Shown here: positions 1 through 8,590 of the stretch, piece by piece | Layout of the letters: every line of letters starts with the position of its first letter | Position numbering within the stretch: the stretch's first letter is position 1 | NCBI GenBank assembly: GCA_964474885.1 | Contig: CAYYWO010000008.1 | Span: 1-44,750 of the forward strand | Origin: Candidatus Hadarchaeota archaeon | GTDB lineage: Archaea; Hadarchaeota; Hadarchaeia; Hadarchaeales; JAWBSP01 | DNA length: 44,750 bases | Direction of reading: 5' to 3' | Translations under genes and position numbers: made by a program | Notes under the pieces: model-generated | The model's database searches: none | What the model was told of the DNA's origin: nothing | Seen by the model: the letters and a program-made list of their open reading frames with translations, nothing else

Positions 1-1755
1 GGACATAGGTTGACAGAGGTTTCCAAGGGTAAGGTCATAGCTTTGGATCCGGACGATGCCCTAGAGTCCATCGTAATAGTTTGGAAGTCGAGGAGGGGGG
101 AGCTGGAACCCATAAGGATGCCTCAAAAGCCGAAGGACGTTTTGCTTCATACGCTGGTGGGTATGCTCGGTGAAAGAAGGGTGGTGGGCTTGCAGGAGGC
201 TTGGCAGCTTCTGAGGAGAGCGTATCAGTTCAGAGATCTCACGTTGGAGGAGCTAAGGGAAGTCTTGGACTTCGCGACGAGCCTGCAGCGCAGGCTCCTC
301 CGCCTGACGGATCATGAGTTCACACGACCTCTCTCCGCCCAATCTACTTTCTCCTACTACTACGACAACCTCTCCATGATACCTGAGCTCAAGCAATATC
401 TGGTTGTGGATGAGGAAACGAGTGAGCCGGTAGGGATACTGGATGAGTCTTTCGTCTCCCAGTACGGGGAACCGGGCGTGAAGTTCATTATGGCCAGTTC
501 ACCCTGGAGGATTGTGCAGATCTTCAAGGACAGGATCTATGTCAGGAGGGAAAAGGACCCGCTGGGCGCGGTTCCTACCTGGATAGGTGAGGAGATACCA
601 GTTCCTCTGGAGGTCGCTCAGGAAGTTGGGAGAATGAGGAGGAGGATAGAGGCGGGGGAGCCCTTGGAAAGGCTCGCTCGCGAGTACGGGGTCAGGCTAG
701 AGGTTCTGCGCAGGGCTACCGAGGAAATACGGGAGCAGATATCCCAAGGGCTACCAGTCCCGACCGATGAGAGGTTAACGCTGGAGAAGGTAGGTGAGTT
801 CTGCGTGCTGAACGCCTGTTTTGGTACCCTGACCAACAGGGCTTTGGGTAGGCTACTGGCCCACATGTTATCGGAGGCCTTGGGAGCGACGGTTTCGCTG
901 AGCGTGGATCCCTACAGGGTGGTCCTGAGATCCGAATTGCTTACGCTCGATTTGGTCAGGGAGATCCTCCTGCGCCGGCCAGTAAGGGAGCTCAGGCAGG
1001 CCGTCAGAGAAATGGTGGAACGCAGCCACTATTTTGCTTGGAGGCTCGTCCAAGTAGCCAAGAGAATGGGTGTGCTGGAGAAGAGGGCCGAGATCACGCC
1101 AGCCGTTGTCGAGAAGCTCCAAACGGGCTTGAGAGGGACGCCAGCCTTTGAGGAAACCTACAAGGAAGTGGTTCAGAAGGACCTCGATCTGGAGGGGGCG
1201 TTTGGGGTGATCGAGCGACTCAGGAAGGGGGAGCTTCGCTTGGTCAGTTTGGGGGAGAGGGAGAAGCCGACTCCTATTTCCTCTATCTATTGGAAACAGC
1301 CTGCATTCTACTTAGAGCCTGTTGCACCTAAGCGCATGCGGGCGCTAGTTCTGGCTTCTGCAAAGGTTAGGCTCATGAGCGAGGTCAGGAGTTTTGTCTG
1401 CTTGGATTGTCTAGCTGTGCGTGAAATGAAGATCTACCAGCTGAAAGAGTTGAGATGTCCAGTTTGTGGCTCCCAGAGGATCGGCATGACTGAGCTGCCC
1501 GAGCAAGAAGTCAGGGAGAAGCTTGAGTTGCACAAGAGGGGCAGAAGGGTCAGACTGTGGAGGGAGCTCCTCCAGACCTCGAAACTCTTGCAGAAATTCG
1601 GTACGAGAGCGGCGATCGCACTGGCCGGCAGGGGTCTCTCCCTCAAGGCAGCCGAGCGCGTGCTACTCAACACTAAGGGGACGGGCAACGAGTTCTTCGA
1701 AGCCATCCTGCAGGAGGAGAGGAAGGCGCTATTCAGGTCCTTTCTCAGGAGCTAA
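1..1755 (+). CDS. lhr: Lhr-family SF2 helicase, C-terminal part (5' end lies outside the window)
   Basis: Frame is open from base 1 (GHRL, the end of helicase motif VI). Contains YYYDNLSMIP, G.LDE.F, P.W.GE, NACFGT.TN and a C-terminal CxxC..CPxC Zn finger, typical of archaeal Lhr. Confidence 0.9.
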   Translation, partial: GHRLTEVSKGKVIALDPDDALESIVIVWKSRRGELEPIRMPQKPKDVLLHTLVGMLGERRVVGLQEAWQLLRRAYQFRDLTLEELREVLDFATSLQRRLLRLTDHEFTRPLSAQSTFSYYYDNLSMIPELKQYLVVDEETSEPVGILDESFVSQYGEPGVKFIMASSPWRIVQIFKDRIYVRREKDPLGAVPTWIGEEIPVPLEVAQEVGRMRRRIEAGEPLERLAREYGVRLEVLRRATEEIREQISQGLPVPTDERLTLEKVGEFCVLNACFGTLTNRALGRLLAHMLSEALGATVSLSVDPYRVVLRSELLTLDLVREILLRRPVRELRQAVREMVERSHYFAWRLVQVAKRMGVLEKRAEITPAVVEKLQTGLRGTPAFEETYKEVVQKDLDLEGAFGVIERLRKGELRLVSLGEREKPTPISSIYWKQPAFYLEPVAPKRMRALVLASAKVRLMSEVRSFVCLDCLAVREMKIYQLKELRCPVCGSQRIGMTELPEQEVREKLELHKRGRRVRLWRELLQTSKLLQKFGTRAAIALAGRGLSLKAAERVLLNTKGTGNEFFEAILQEERKALFRSFLRS

Positions 1756-2291
1756 CTCTTACCCTTCCCGAGCAAGAGACCAAGAAGAGTCTTTTCATCC
1801 ACTTCGGCTCTCGTCCGCCAGCCTATGTAGAGCATACCTTCTTCGTCTTGGCTGAGGTACCCCCTTCTGATGAATTTTTCGATGGCTGGATCTATCCTGA
1901 ATTTCGGGAACTTCTCCTCCAGCACCTGCAGGATCTCCTTTAAGGGAGCCTTTCCCCCCCTGACCAGAAGCTGGGCTAGAATGGCAGCGAGCATCCCCAT
2001 CTCATCCACTCTCCAGCCGTAGGTTCTGGCAGTAGTTAGTGGGGGAGACTCCCTCAATGTCACGAAGAATCTGTCCGACTCTGCCTCTCCCCCCGACGAA
2101 ACACGTTTGATGGTAAGCCCGAATTTTTCAAGCTCGGTTTGGAGGGCCTCCAGGATCTGCTCGTAGTTCTTCCCCAGTGCATGTCTCAGCTCCCATGTTC
2201 TAGCACCTGGTTCCATGTGGTGCTTGAAGCAGAGTAGTTGGATCGCTCTAGCGAACTTCTCCCGGAGCTCGTCTTGTGTTTCTTCTGTCAT
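1752..2291 (-). CDS. KITE (tandem winged-helix) SMC accessory subunit, MAGE/Nse3-like
   Basis: 179 aa; last gene of the SMC-kleisin operon (ATGA overlap with the kleisin). Segments KFARAIQLLCFK, LEKFGLTIKRV, MGMLAAILAQLLVRGGKAP..EI..VL and FIRRGYL..YIGWRTRAEV parallel the MAGE homology domain. Confidence 0.75.
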   Translation of the reverse strand: MTEETQDELREKFARAIQLLCFKHHMEPGARTWELRHALGKNYEQILEALQTELEKFGLTIKRVSSGGEAESDRFFVTLRESPPLTTARTYGWRVDEMGMLAAILAQLLVRGGKAPLKEILQVLEEKFPKFRIDPAIEKFIRRGYLSQDEEGMLYIGWRTRAEVDEKTLLGLLLGKGKS

Positions 2292-3031
2292 TTTGTTATT
2301 GATATCACCATGGATTGGATTTCTCTCTTGCGCTGGGGCTCGTCCACAGCCTCTACCTCAATCCGCTCCTCTATGGGGTCTAGGTAGATCTTCGCCAGAC
2401 CGTAGGTGATAAGGAAGCTGAGCAGATAAGCCCTCTTCACACGCTCGGAGAAATTCTTCCCTTTGATGAACTTCCAGTAGTCCACCCTTCCCCTTTTCCT
2501 CAGTTCAAGCCAGAGGGAGTCCAGCATCTCATCGAAGCACTCGTGTATGAAGCCCATTTCCTCCAGCTCTTTTAGTCCTATCCTCCCAGGCTGGACCTCC
2601 ATTTTGGGTAGCTCCCTCAGTCTCTCCTGCAGGCTGGGCAAGAACTTCCAATATTCCAGCCCCTCTTTCAGCCCTAGGGGTGTCAGACACTCAAGCTCCA
2701 AGATCGGGTGCCAGGAGCGGACGAAGATCTGGGCAAGCTCCTCAGTCGAGAGCGCATGGATCTTGAGCATGACCAGCAGGGGGTCGAGATAGAGCAGAGA
2801 GGAGCGATGTTTGATCCATTCACCCTGCTGGCGGATGACTTCCGCTAGTCCTACCACTGCCTGCAAATCTAGGGCGAGCTCCTCGTGTCTGCGGAGCAGG
2901 GGCAGGAGTTCCCTGAGCTTGTCGAAAAGCTCCCCAACCCTCACATCGAAAGGGTTCAGGCCTTTTTTGCTGACGGACTCACAGAGGTCTATTATTCGGA
3001 GGAGGATGTCCCTCCGCTCAGTCGCTTTCAC
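2288..3031 (-). CDS. Kleisin (ScpA/Nse4-like) subunit
   Basis: N-terminal NPFDVRVGELFDKL resembles ScpA DPWDIDI; C-terminal winged-helix RAYLLSFLITYGLAKI. GTG start with GAGGTGA SD; overlaps the SMC stop. Confidence 0.75.
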   Translation of the reverse strand: MKATERRDILLRIIDLCESVSKKGLNPFDVRVGELFDKLRELLPLLRRHEELALDLQAVVGLAEVIRQQGEWIKHRSSLLYLDPLLVMLKIHALSTEELAQIFVRSWHPILELECLTPLGLKEGLEYWKFLPSLQERLRELPKMEVQPGRIGLKELEEMGFIHECFDEMLDSLWLELRKRGRVDYWKFIKGKNFSERVKRAYLLSFLITYGLAKIYLDPIEERIEVEAVDEPQRKREIQSMVISITK

Positions 3032-4886
3032 CGGTTCTCACCTCCGAAACACCTCCGATATTCTGGACGACGATGACGTTGGATACGCCCTCTAGCTCCC
3101 CCAACCATCCTGGGGTGATCAGGACATACTGGTAGTCCCCCTCCGCACACGTCTCGATTATTCCCCTCATTAGCTCCTCCCTGTTCCTCGGATCCAAGTG
3201 GGCCTCGAACTCATCCACGGCTCTGAAGGGAGACTTGATGTGGTGTTGCAGGGCCAGAAGGAAACACATGAGAGCGGCGGTCCGCTCACCTCCACTCTGC
3301 GTGTAGGCATCGAGGACGGTCGGAGGGGTGCCCCGGAAACCGACCAGTATCTCCAGGCCTGCGGCCTCCACATCCTCGGGATTGGACAGAACCAGATCAC
3401 CCTTTCCATCCACCCTGGAGAGCAAGCGGTCGTAGGCGGTTTTGACATCTTTCAGCAGCTTCTCGAGCTCATTTCTCCATCTCTGCTTCCTCACCTCTAG
3501 CTCCTGGAGTGCACGCTCACGGTTTCGAGCGGCCTCCTTTGCTTTTTCCTCGAGTTCCCTGAGCGTTTCCTGATAGCTGAAGTACATGCGCTCGGCATCC
3601 TCTGGTACATCCGCAAGGCTCATGAGCTGGGCATTGATCCATTTCATTTCGTCCAGAATTTCCATAGGTCTTCTTTTGACCGTTATTTTGGGTCCGACCC
3701 TCTCAGCCTGCAGCCTCAGCTCCTCCATTTCCTGGGTCACCCTCCTCAGATCCGACTGCAAGGAGGAGATCTCATCCTCCAGTAGCCCTCTCCTGAACTC
3801 CGAGATGGCGTATCTAACCTTGCAATCAACGTAGGACCCCCGGCATTTGCTCAGCCTCTCTTTTAGCCTGACTATCTCCGTTCTTCTTTCCTCTTTCTCC
3901 TCCTTCCCTTCAGCGAGCTCCTCTCTGATCCTCTGTAGTTCACCTCGCAGCTGGGGCACCTGCAGTCTCTCCAGTATTTTCATCTTTGCCTCAGCAGCAG
4001 CCGTTTTCCTCTCCGATAGAATCAGTTTTTGGTAGGCGGAATCCAAGTCGAACTCCAGCCGTTCTATCCTTTCCTTCAACTCGCTCTCCTCCTTCGAGAC
4101 CTTGGATAGGGTTCGTTGGAGTTCCCGAAGTTCCCTCTTCAGCCCTTCAATCCTCTCCTGGAGATCCCTGGCCTCCTCCTCTTTCCTGCAGAACTTGGAC
4201 CAAGCGTACTCTCTCTCCAGCCTGCTCTTCTGTTCTTGGAGCTCGCGCTTCTTCAGGAGCCGTCTGTATTCCTCTTCCCAGTGCCTGAGGGTCTCATGGG
4301 CCCGCTGAAGCATGGATTTCACAGCTTCTTCCTCGCTGAGGGTGTGAGCAAGCTTTTCTCGGGCTTCTAAGATTTTTTCTCTGTACCCCCTGAGTCCTAC
4401 AGCTTCCTCAACTAGTTTGAGCCTCTCGGAAGGATCCATGGCGCCAAAGAGATCTATCATGTTCTGGTGCATGATGATGAGCATGTTATCAGGGTTCAGG
4501 TGAAGGCGACTCAGGATGCGCTCGACCTCCCCCTTCAGGACCGTCCTGTTGTTTATCTCCTGCCAGTATGTTCCATCAGTCCGTAAATATCTCGAGATCA
4601 GAATCTGATCGGACTTTATCTCAGGGATAGGCCTGGAGCCGTTCCTAGGGGTGTTATCAAGAACTACAGTTACCCTCCCTATGTCTTCCCCTCTCCGCAC
4701 CAAATCCCCGAGTCTCCTTGAGCGTTCGGTGTAAGATTGGCCCAGAGCTACTGCGATGCCCAGTAGGATGGAAGATTTACCGGCTCCGTTCGGGCCGCAG
4801 ATGATATTCAGACCTGGCTTTAACGGTACTCTCGCGTACTTATAGCTCATGAAATTCTCTAGGATTATCTCCTTGATTACGGTCAT
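3018..4886 (-). CDS. Short SMC-family ATPase, SMC5/6-like (coalescin ClsN / archaea-specific SMC-related type), 622 aa
   Basis: LENFMSY, Walker A GPNGAGKS, Q-loop MHQN, long coiled coil, signature QSGGERT, Walker B/D-loop PFRAVDEFEAHLDP. Start taken as ATG 4886, 1 nt after the DUF72 stop. Confidence 0.9.
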   Translation of the reverse strand: MTVIKEIILENFMSYKYARVPLKPGLNIICGPNGAGKSSILLGIAVALGQSYTERSRRLGDLVRRGEDIGRVTVVLDNTPRNGSRPIPEIKSDQILISRYLRTDGTYWQEINNRTVLKGEVERILSRLHLNPDNMLIIMHQNMIDLFGAMDPSERLKLVEEAVGLRGYREKILEAREKLAHTLSEEEAVKSMLQRAHETLRHWEEEYRRLLKKRELQEQKSRLEREYAWSKFCRKEEEARDLQERIEGLKRELRELQRTLSKVSKEESELKERIERLEFDLDSAYQKLILSERKTAAAEAKMKILERLQVPQLRGELQRIREELAEGKEEKEERRTEIVRLKERLSKCRGSYVDCKVRYAISEFRRGLLEDEISSLQSDLRRVTQEMEELRLQAERVGPKITVKRRPMEILDEMKWINAQLMSLADVPEDAERMYFSYQETLRELEEKAKEAARNRERALQELEVRKQRWRNELEKLLKDVKTAYDRLLSRVDGKGDLVLSNPEDVEAAGLEILVGFRGTPPTVLDAYTQSGGERTAALMCFLLALQHHIKSPFRAVDEFEAHLDPRNREELMRGIIETCAEGDYQYVLITPGWLGELEGVSNVIVVQNIGGVSEVRTGESD

Positions 4887-4887
4887 C

Positions 4888-5637
4888 TTACCCCAGCATT
4901 TTTGTGAGCTTTTCGGCGTCCTGGTACATGTTATAATTGTTGAACATGCAGTAGACTTCTTTGTACCTCCCCTCAAATTCTTTGAGTTTCCTGCCCAACG
5001 TCCGTAGTTCGTCCTCCGAGTACTTGTAGTTGTAGTCGTATTCACGGGTTTTCAGCCCGTGCAGCCTGAAATAGATAATCGGATGTTCTGATAGGGGATC
5101 TCTCCTCATCGGGTCCACCACATGCACGAGTTCCAACTCATCGCAGAGCCCCCTGATCTGCTCAGGATGCTCGTTCCAATCTCCCCTGGGCTCCCAAGCT
5201 ATAGTAAGTTTCCCCCTATCGATCTTCTCGAAGAATTTCCGCATGTTTCTGATATTTTCCTTAGTACAGCTGAACTTTGGAGGGCACTGGATCACGCAGA
5301 TCCTGGCCCCGAGTATCTCACATATCTGTCTCGTCTTTTCCCAAGCTTCGAAGTTCTCGGGTGTGGGCTTAAGCAACCCGTATCTTTCCTTTTGGGCTCC
5401 CTCGACCTTGATTCCGCTCCTCTTCCAGGTGGGGCTGGACGGCGGGTGTGTTATGGCTTGAAAAGCTTTGCAGGTGAATTCAAAGTCAGTGGGGACTTCT
5501 TCCCTCCATCTCTGCGCAGTTTTTGGCATAGGTAACCTGTAAAAGGTTTGCTGGGACTCCACCACCGAGAACTTTTTCGAATAAGCACTCAAGCCCCCTT
5601 TGAAGAAGCCCCAGCCGCAGCAGCCTATCTTTATCAT
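4888..5637 (-). CDS. DUF72 (YecE-like) TIM-barrel protein
   Basis: IGCCGW, VE.QQTFY..P, F.FTCKA...ITH, QCPPKF, WEPRG.W, YFRLHG, Y.Y...EL and YCMFNN motifs. Confidence 0.9.
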   Translation of the reverse strand: MIKIGCCGWGFFKGGLSAYSKKFSVVESQQTFYRLPMPKTAQRWREEVPTDFEFTCKAFQAITHPPSSPTWKRSGIKVEGAQKERYGLLKPTPENFEAWEKTRQICEILGARICVIQCPPKFSCTKENIRNMRKFFEKIDRGKLTIAWEPRGDWNEHPEQIRGLCDELELVHVVDPMRRDPLSEHPIIYFRLHGLKTREYDYNYKYSEDELRTLGRKLKEFEGRYKEVYCMFNNYNMYQDAEKLTKMLG

Positions 5638-5643
5638 CCTAAA

Positions 5644-6561
5644 TTATCTGGACTCCTCCATTTTTCTGAGCCGATCCATGATGGCTCTCCCCAGTTCCCT
5701 TTCCGGCACAGGCTCGGCATAGATTATGTCCACTCCAGATCTCTCCAACCGCTGGATACAGGAGAAGAAGTTGGTAGCCGCCTCGCGCAAGTCCCCAGAG
5801 GGACTCAGGATTTCGATCCGAGCAGCGGGCACTTTTTTTCTGGGCGGAGTGAAGGCCAGGAACCCCACTTTCTTTCCAGTTGGAAACTCACCCCTGAAGA
5901 TCCTGACCGGAATCTTTAAGGAGTAATGCGATTCGGCTGGCTTCACCTCCACCTCCCCGATCGCCTTCTCGATCTCCTCGACTGGCAAACTGCCGGGCCT
6001 GAGCACGGTGGGTCGGGAGCTCAAATCCAGCACGGTCGATTCTATTCCGAGGGGGCATCTCCCACCGTCTATTATCATGTCTATCCTGTCACCCAGCTGC
6101 CGGGCTACTTCTTCCGCCGTGGTTGGGCTGAGCTGACCGAAGAGGTTGGCGCTGGGCACGACAAGGGGGACTCCGGCCCTCCTGATCAGCTCTAGGGAGA
6201 TGGGATGGGATGGCATCCGCACGGCAACTGTCTTCAACCCAGCCGTTACGATTTCAGGCACGATTGGACGTTTCGGGAGCACGAGCGTGAGTGGCCCGGG
6301 CCAGAATCTGGAGGCGAGGTTTTTTGCCATTTCGTTCACCACACACAGGCGATCCAGGTCTGCCCGATCCGCAATGTGAACTATCAGGGGTTCGAAGGAT
6401 GACCTCTTCTTAACCTCGAAAATCTTGGCTACCGCCGTCGGGTTCAGGGCATTGGTCCCTACACCATACACTGTCTCGGTGGGGAAGGCCACGAGTCCTC
6501 CCTTCCTCATCATTTCAGCGGCTTCGGAAAGCACCTCTTGGCTGGGCTTGACGATCCTCAT
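5644..6561 (-). CDS. sua5: Sua5 threonylcarbamoyl-AMP synthase (YrdC + SUA5 domains)
   Basis: VAFPTETVYG, PLIVH, FWPGPLT, VAVRMP, PSAN, GIESTV and C-terminal G.AIMDRL.K. Confidence 0.92.
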   Translation of the reverse strand: MRIVKPSQEVLSEAAEMMRKGGLVAFPTETVYGVGTNALNPTAVAKIFEVKKRSSFEPLIVHIADRADLDRLCVVNEMAKNLASRFWPGPLTLVLPKRPIVPEIVTAGLKTVAVRMPSHPISLELIRRAGVPLVVPSANLFGQLSPTTAEEVARQLGDRIDMIIDGGRCPLGIESTVLDLSSRPTVLRPGSLPVEEIEKAIGEVEVKPAESHYSLKIPVRIFRGEFPTGKKVGFLAFTPPRKKVPAARIEILSPSGDLREAATNFFSCIQRLERSGVDIIYAEPVPERELGRAIMDRLRKMEESR

Positions 6562-6573
6562 TAAGAAATTAGC

Positions 6574-7302
6574 TCACAGATTTTTCCAGAGTACGACCGA
6601 AGCGAACCCTAAAACAACCAAAGACAACCCGATCCTGAGCCAGGTAGGCTTGGTTTTCAGGGATACCAGACTGCCTATTCTCGCTCCGATGATAGATCCG
6701 ACGATGACACAGAAAGCGGGCAACCACAGGATGTCCCCACGTCCCCAGTAAATCAAGGTGGCAATGGCGGAGGAGAAGATCGTGCAAAAGAGGGAGTTGG
6801 CCACGGCTTGACGGACGTTCAGCCCCATCATCTGCAGAAAGACGGGGGAGAGGGAGCCTCCGGATCCGCCTCTCATCCCGATCAGGAGGTTGAGTAGGAA
6901 GGAGCCGATCAAGATGCCGGTTCTATGTGGGCGTCTCCTCGCATCTTTTGGTGCGATCCGGAGATAGCTACCGGCGACGGTCAGAACCGAAACGAGAAAA
7001 AAGAGGAGAGCGAGCGCTCTGCTGGAAAAGAGACCCACCAAGAAAGCTCCCAGGACGGAGCCAGGCACCCCTCCGGCTATGAGAAGTTTGGCCGTTGGCA
7101 TGTGCAGATTTTTGCGATGGCTGGCGGCACCCACGGAGGAGGAGAAGGGTATGGTAAGGAGATTAATGGCATATGCATTTATGAGCGGGAGTCCCGCCAG
7201 ATTCAGCAGTGGGGTGCGGATGGAACCCCCGCCGATGCCGAACATTCCACTTCCGAATCCTGCAAGCCCGCCAATCAGTACATAGAGCAGGTATTCATTC
7301 AT
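6574..7302 (-). CDS. TauE/SafE sulfite exporter family membrane protein
   Basis: GF.SGMFGIGGG and GMRGGSGG repeats with many hydrophobic helices. Start set at ATG 7302 after a GGGAGG SD. Confidence 0.85.
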   Translation of the reverse strand: MNEYLLYVLIGGLAGFGSGMFGIGGGSIRTPLLNLAGLPLINAYAINLLTIPFSSSVGAASHRKNLHMPTAKLLIAGGVPGSVLGAFLVGLFSSRALALLFFLVSVLTVAGSYLRIAPKDARRRPHRTGILIGSFLLNLLIGMRGGSGGSLSPVFLQMMGLNVRQAVANSLFCTIFSSAIATLIYWGRGDILWLPAFCVIVGSIIGARIGSLVSLKTKPTWLRIGLSLVVLGFASVVLWKNL

Positions 7303-7357
7303 CCTCCCACCCAAGCAATTTGTGTATCTGCACAAATTTATAGTAGTTTCATTGTTG

Positions 7358-7966
7358 ATGCTGTCCAGAGATGATGTACAAAAGTTCGTTAAGTTTTATG
7401 AGAGCGAACTGGGCAAGAAAATCTTGGGAGCCGAAGTTGAGTACCTGAGGAGAGAGCTATGGGGGAGGAGAAGGGTACTAGATGTTGGGTGTGGTGTGGG
7501 GGTCTTTGAGGAAATGCTCACCGAGTTCGAAATAGTAGGGGTAGACAAGTCGGAGTGGGCAATAGAAGAGGCCAGAAGGAGGTGCGACAAGGAGTTTGTT
7601 GTCGGAGAGGCCGAGCATCTACCCTTTCCCTCGGCGACATTCGATGCGGCTTTTGCCGTCACAGTCCTAGAGTTTCTAGACGACAGCCAGACAGCGATTA
7701 GAGAGGTTGCCAGGGTTCTGAAACCAAGAGGGAAGTTCATTGCAATGATGTTGAACCCAAGGTCCGAGTATTTCAAGCTTCACTCGAGGCCTGATTCTTA
7801 CTTCAGGAAGATAAAACATCTGCCTTTGGAGATTGAGAACCAGATTTCAGCATTCTTCCAGACCTCCAGCGAGTACTTTTTGGGTATTGGGAAAAAAGAG
7901 ATATTTGAAACGGAGGACCCAAATCTGGCAGCTCTTTATGTGGTGAAAGGGATAAAAGCCGTTTAA
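7358..7966 (+). CDS. Class I SAM-dependent methyltransferase
   Basis: VLDVGCGVG, GVD.S, AEHLPF...TFD and EVARVLKPRG motifs. Confidence 0.88.
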   Translation: MLSRDDVQKFVKFYESELGKKILGAEVEYLRRELWGRRRVLDVGCGVGVFEEMLTEFEIVGVDKSEWAIEEARRRCDKEFVVGEAEHLPFPSATFDAAFAVTVLEFLDDSQTAIREVARVLKPRGKFIAMMLNPRSEYFKLHSRPDSYFRKIKHLPLEIENQISAFFQTSSEYFLGIGKKEIFETEDPNLAALYVVKGIKAV

Positions 7967-8007
7967 TATCTGGTTCGGAGGGCGGTGAGCCGTGAAACTG
8001 CTCAGAT

Positions 8008-8292
8008 CTACTTTACGATAATCCTTCCTCTCTTAGGTACGCTGAGCTGGAGCTTGCCTCTGAAGATCCTGGTGAACCCGTCGATTATCTGTATCGTATC
8101 TCCCTCCGAGACCGTGTCTATTTGCTCCTCCCAAAGGGCCAGGGTTACGCTACCTGTCTCGTCCTCTAATGTCGCATTGGCTATCCGCTTCAGACCGAAA
8201 CGTGTGACGACTTCTTTCTGTTCTGAGATTTCCACGACCCTTCCCTCGATGTTTATGTTCCTCATGCCCGGTCGCAAATCGGAGATCTTCAT
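8008..8292 (-). CDS. Single OB-fold ssDNA-binding protein (SSB/RPA-like)
   Basis: MKISDLRPGM..INIEGRV..., A.LEDETG.V.L.LW and F.GKLQL motifs. Confidence 0.88.
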   Translation of the reverse strand: MKISDLRPGMRNINIEGRVVEISEQKEVVTRFGLKRIANATLEDETGSVTLALWEEQIDTVSEGDTIQIIDGFTRIFRGKLQLSVPKRGRIIVK

Positions 8293-8546
8293 GTTCTCTC
8301 GATCATCCCAGCGTTTGCGAGAGCCTCGATGATCTGCTCCACAACCCGCTGGACCATCTCAATCGCAAGCCCTGTAGCCTCAGCGAGTTCGCCAGCTATT
8401 TGCTCCATGGTGAGTTCCCCATTGCAACGGTCGAGAACGAAGAGGATCACCGGATCCACGCTGAAAAACTGTTTTCCATCGGTAAGTAACACATTCCCGC
8501 CCTCATCTTGCACAACCTTTACACCCTCTTTCTTTTGTGGTTTCAT
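8289..8546 (-). CDS. PqqD-like (RRE / winged-helix) small protein
   Basis: Three short strands followed by F.VDPV..FVLDRCNGE.TMEQIA.EL...V...IE.L..AGMI. Start at ATG 8546 after GAGGGA. Confidence 0.7.
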   Translation of the reverse strand: MKPQKKEGVKVVQDEGGNVLLTDGKQFFSVDPVILFVLDRCNGELTMEQIAGELAEATGLAIEMVQRVVEQIIEALANAGMIERT

Positions 8547-8557
8547 TCCCTCTTGCA

Positions 8558-8590
8558 AAACTACTCAGAACTTTCCGTTCCAAGTAGTTT
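8558..8590 (-). promoter_or_regulatory. 14-bp RNA hairpin with GGAAA loop in the leader of the PqqD-like gene
   Basis: Minus strand AAACUACUUGGAAC-GGAAA-GUUCUGAGUAGUUU pairs fully with two G-U pairs. A TATA-like TATTTAAG lies at 8611-8618. Confidence 0.55.

Noticed and set aside
3018-4886. Calling the SMC protein Rad50 or Wadjet JetC
   Set aside because: No CPxC hook or adjacent mre11, no Toprim JetD gene, and the head motifs are SMC5/6-like.
4887-5045. 53-aa N-terminal extension of the SMC ORF (MNTTTTTS...)
   Set aside because: It is an alternative frame of the DUF72 3' end; the SMC head begins at MTVIKEIILENF (4886).
8289-8546. RiPP biosynthetic cluster around the PqqD-like gene
   Set aside because: No SPASM radical-SAM, YcaO, peptidase or precursor nearby; the only radical-SAM enzyme in the window is Taw1.
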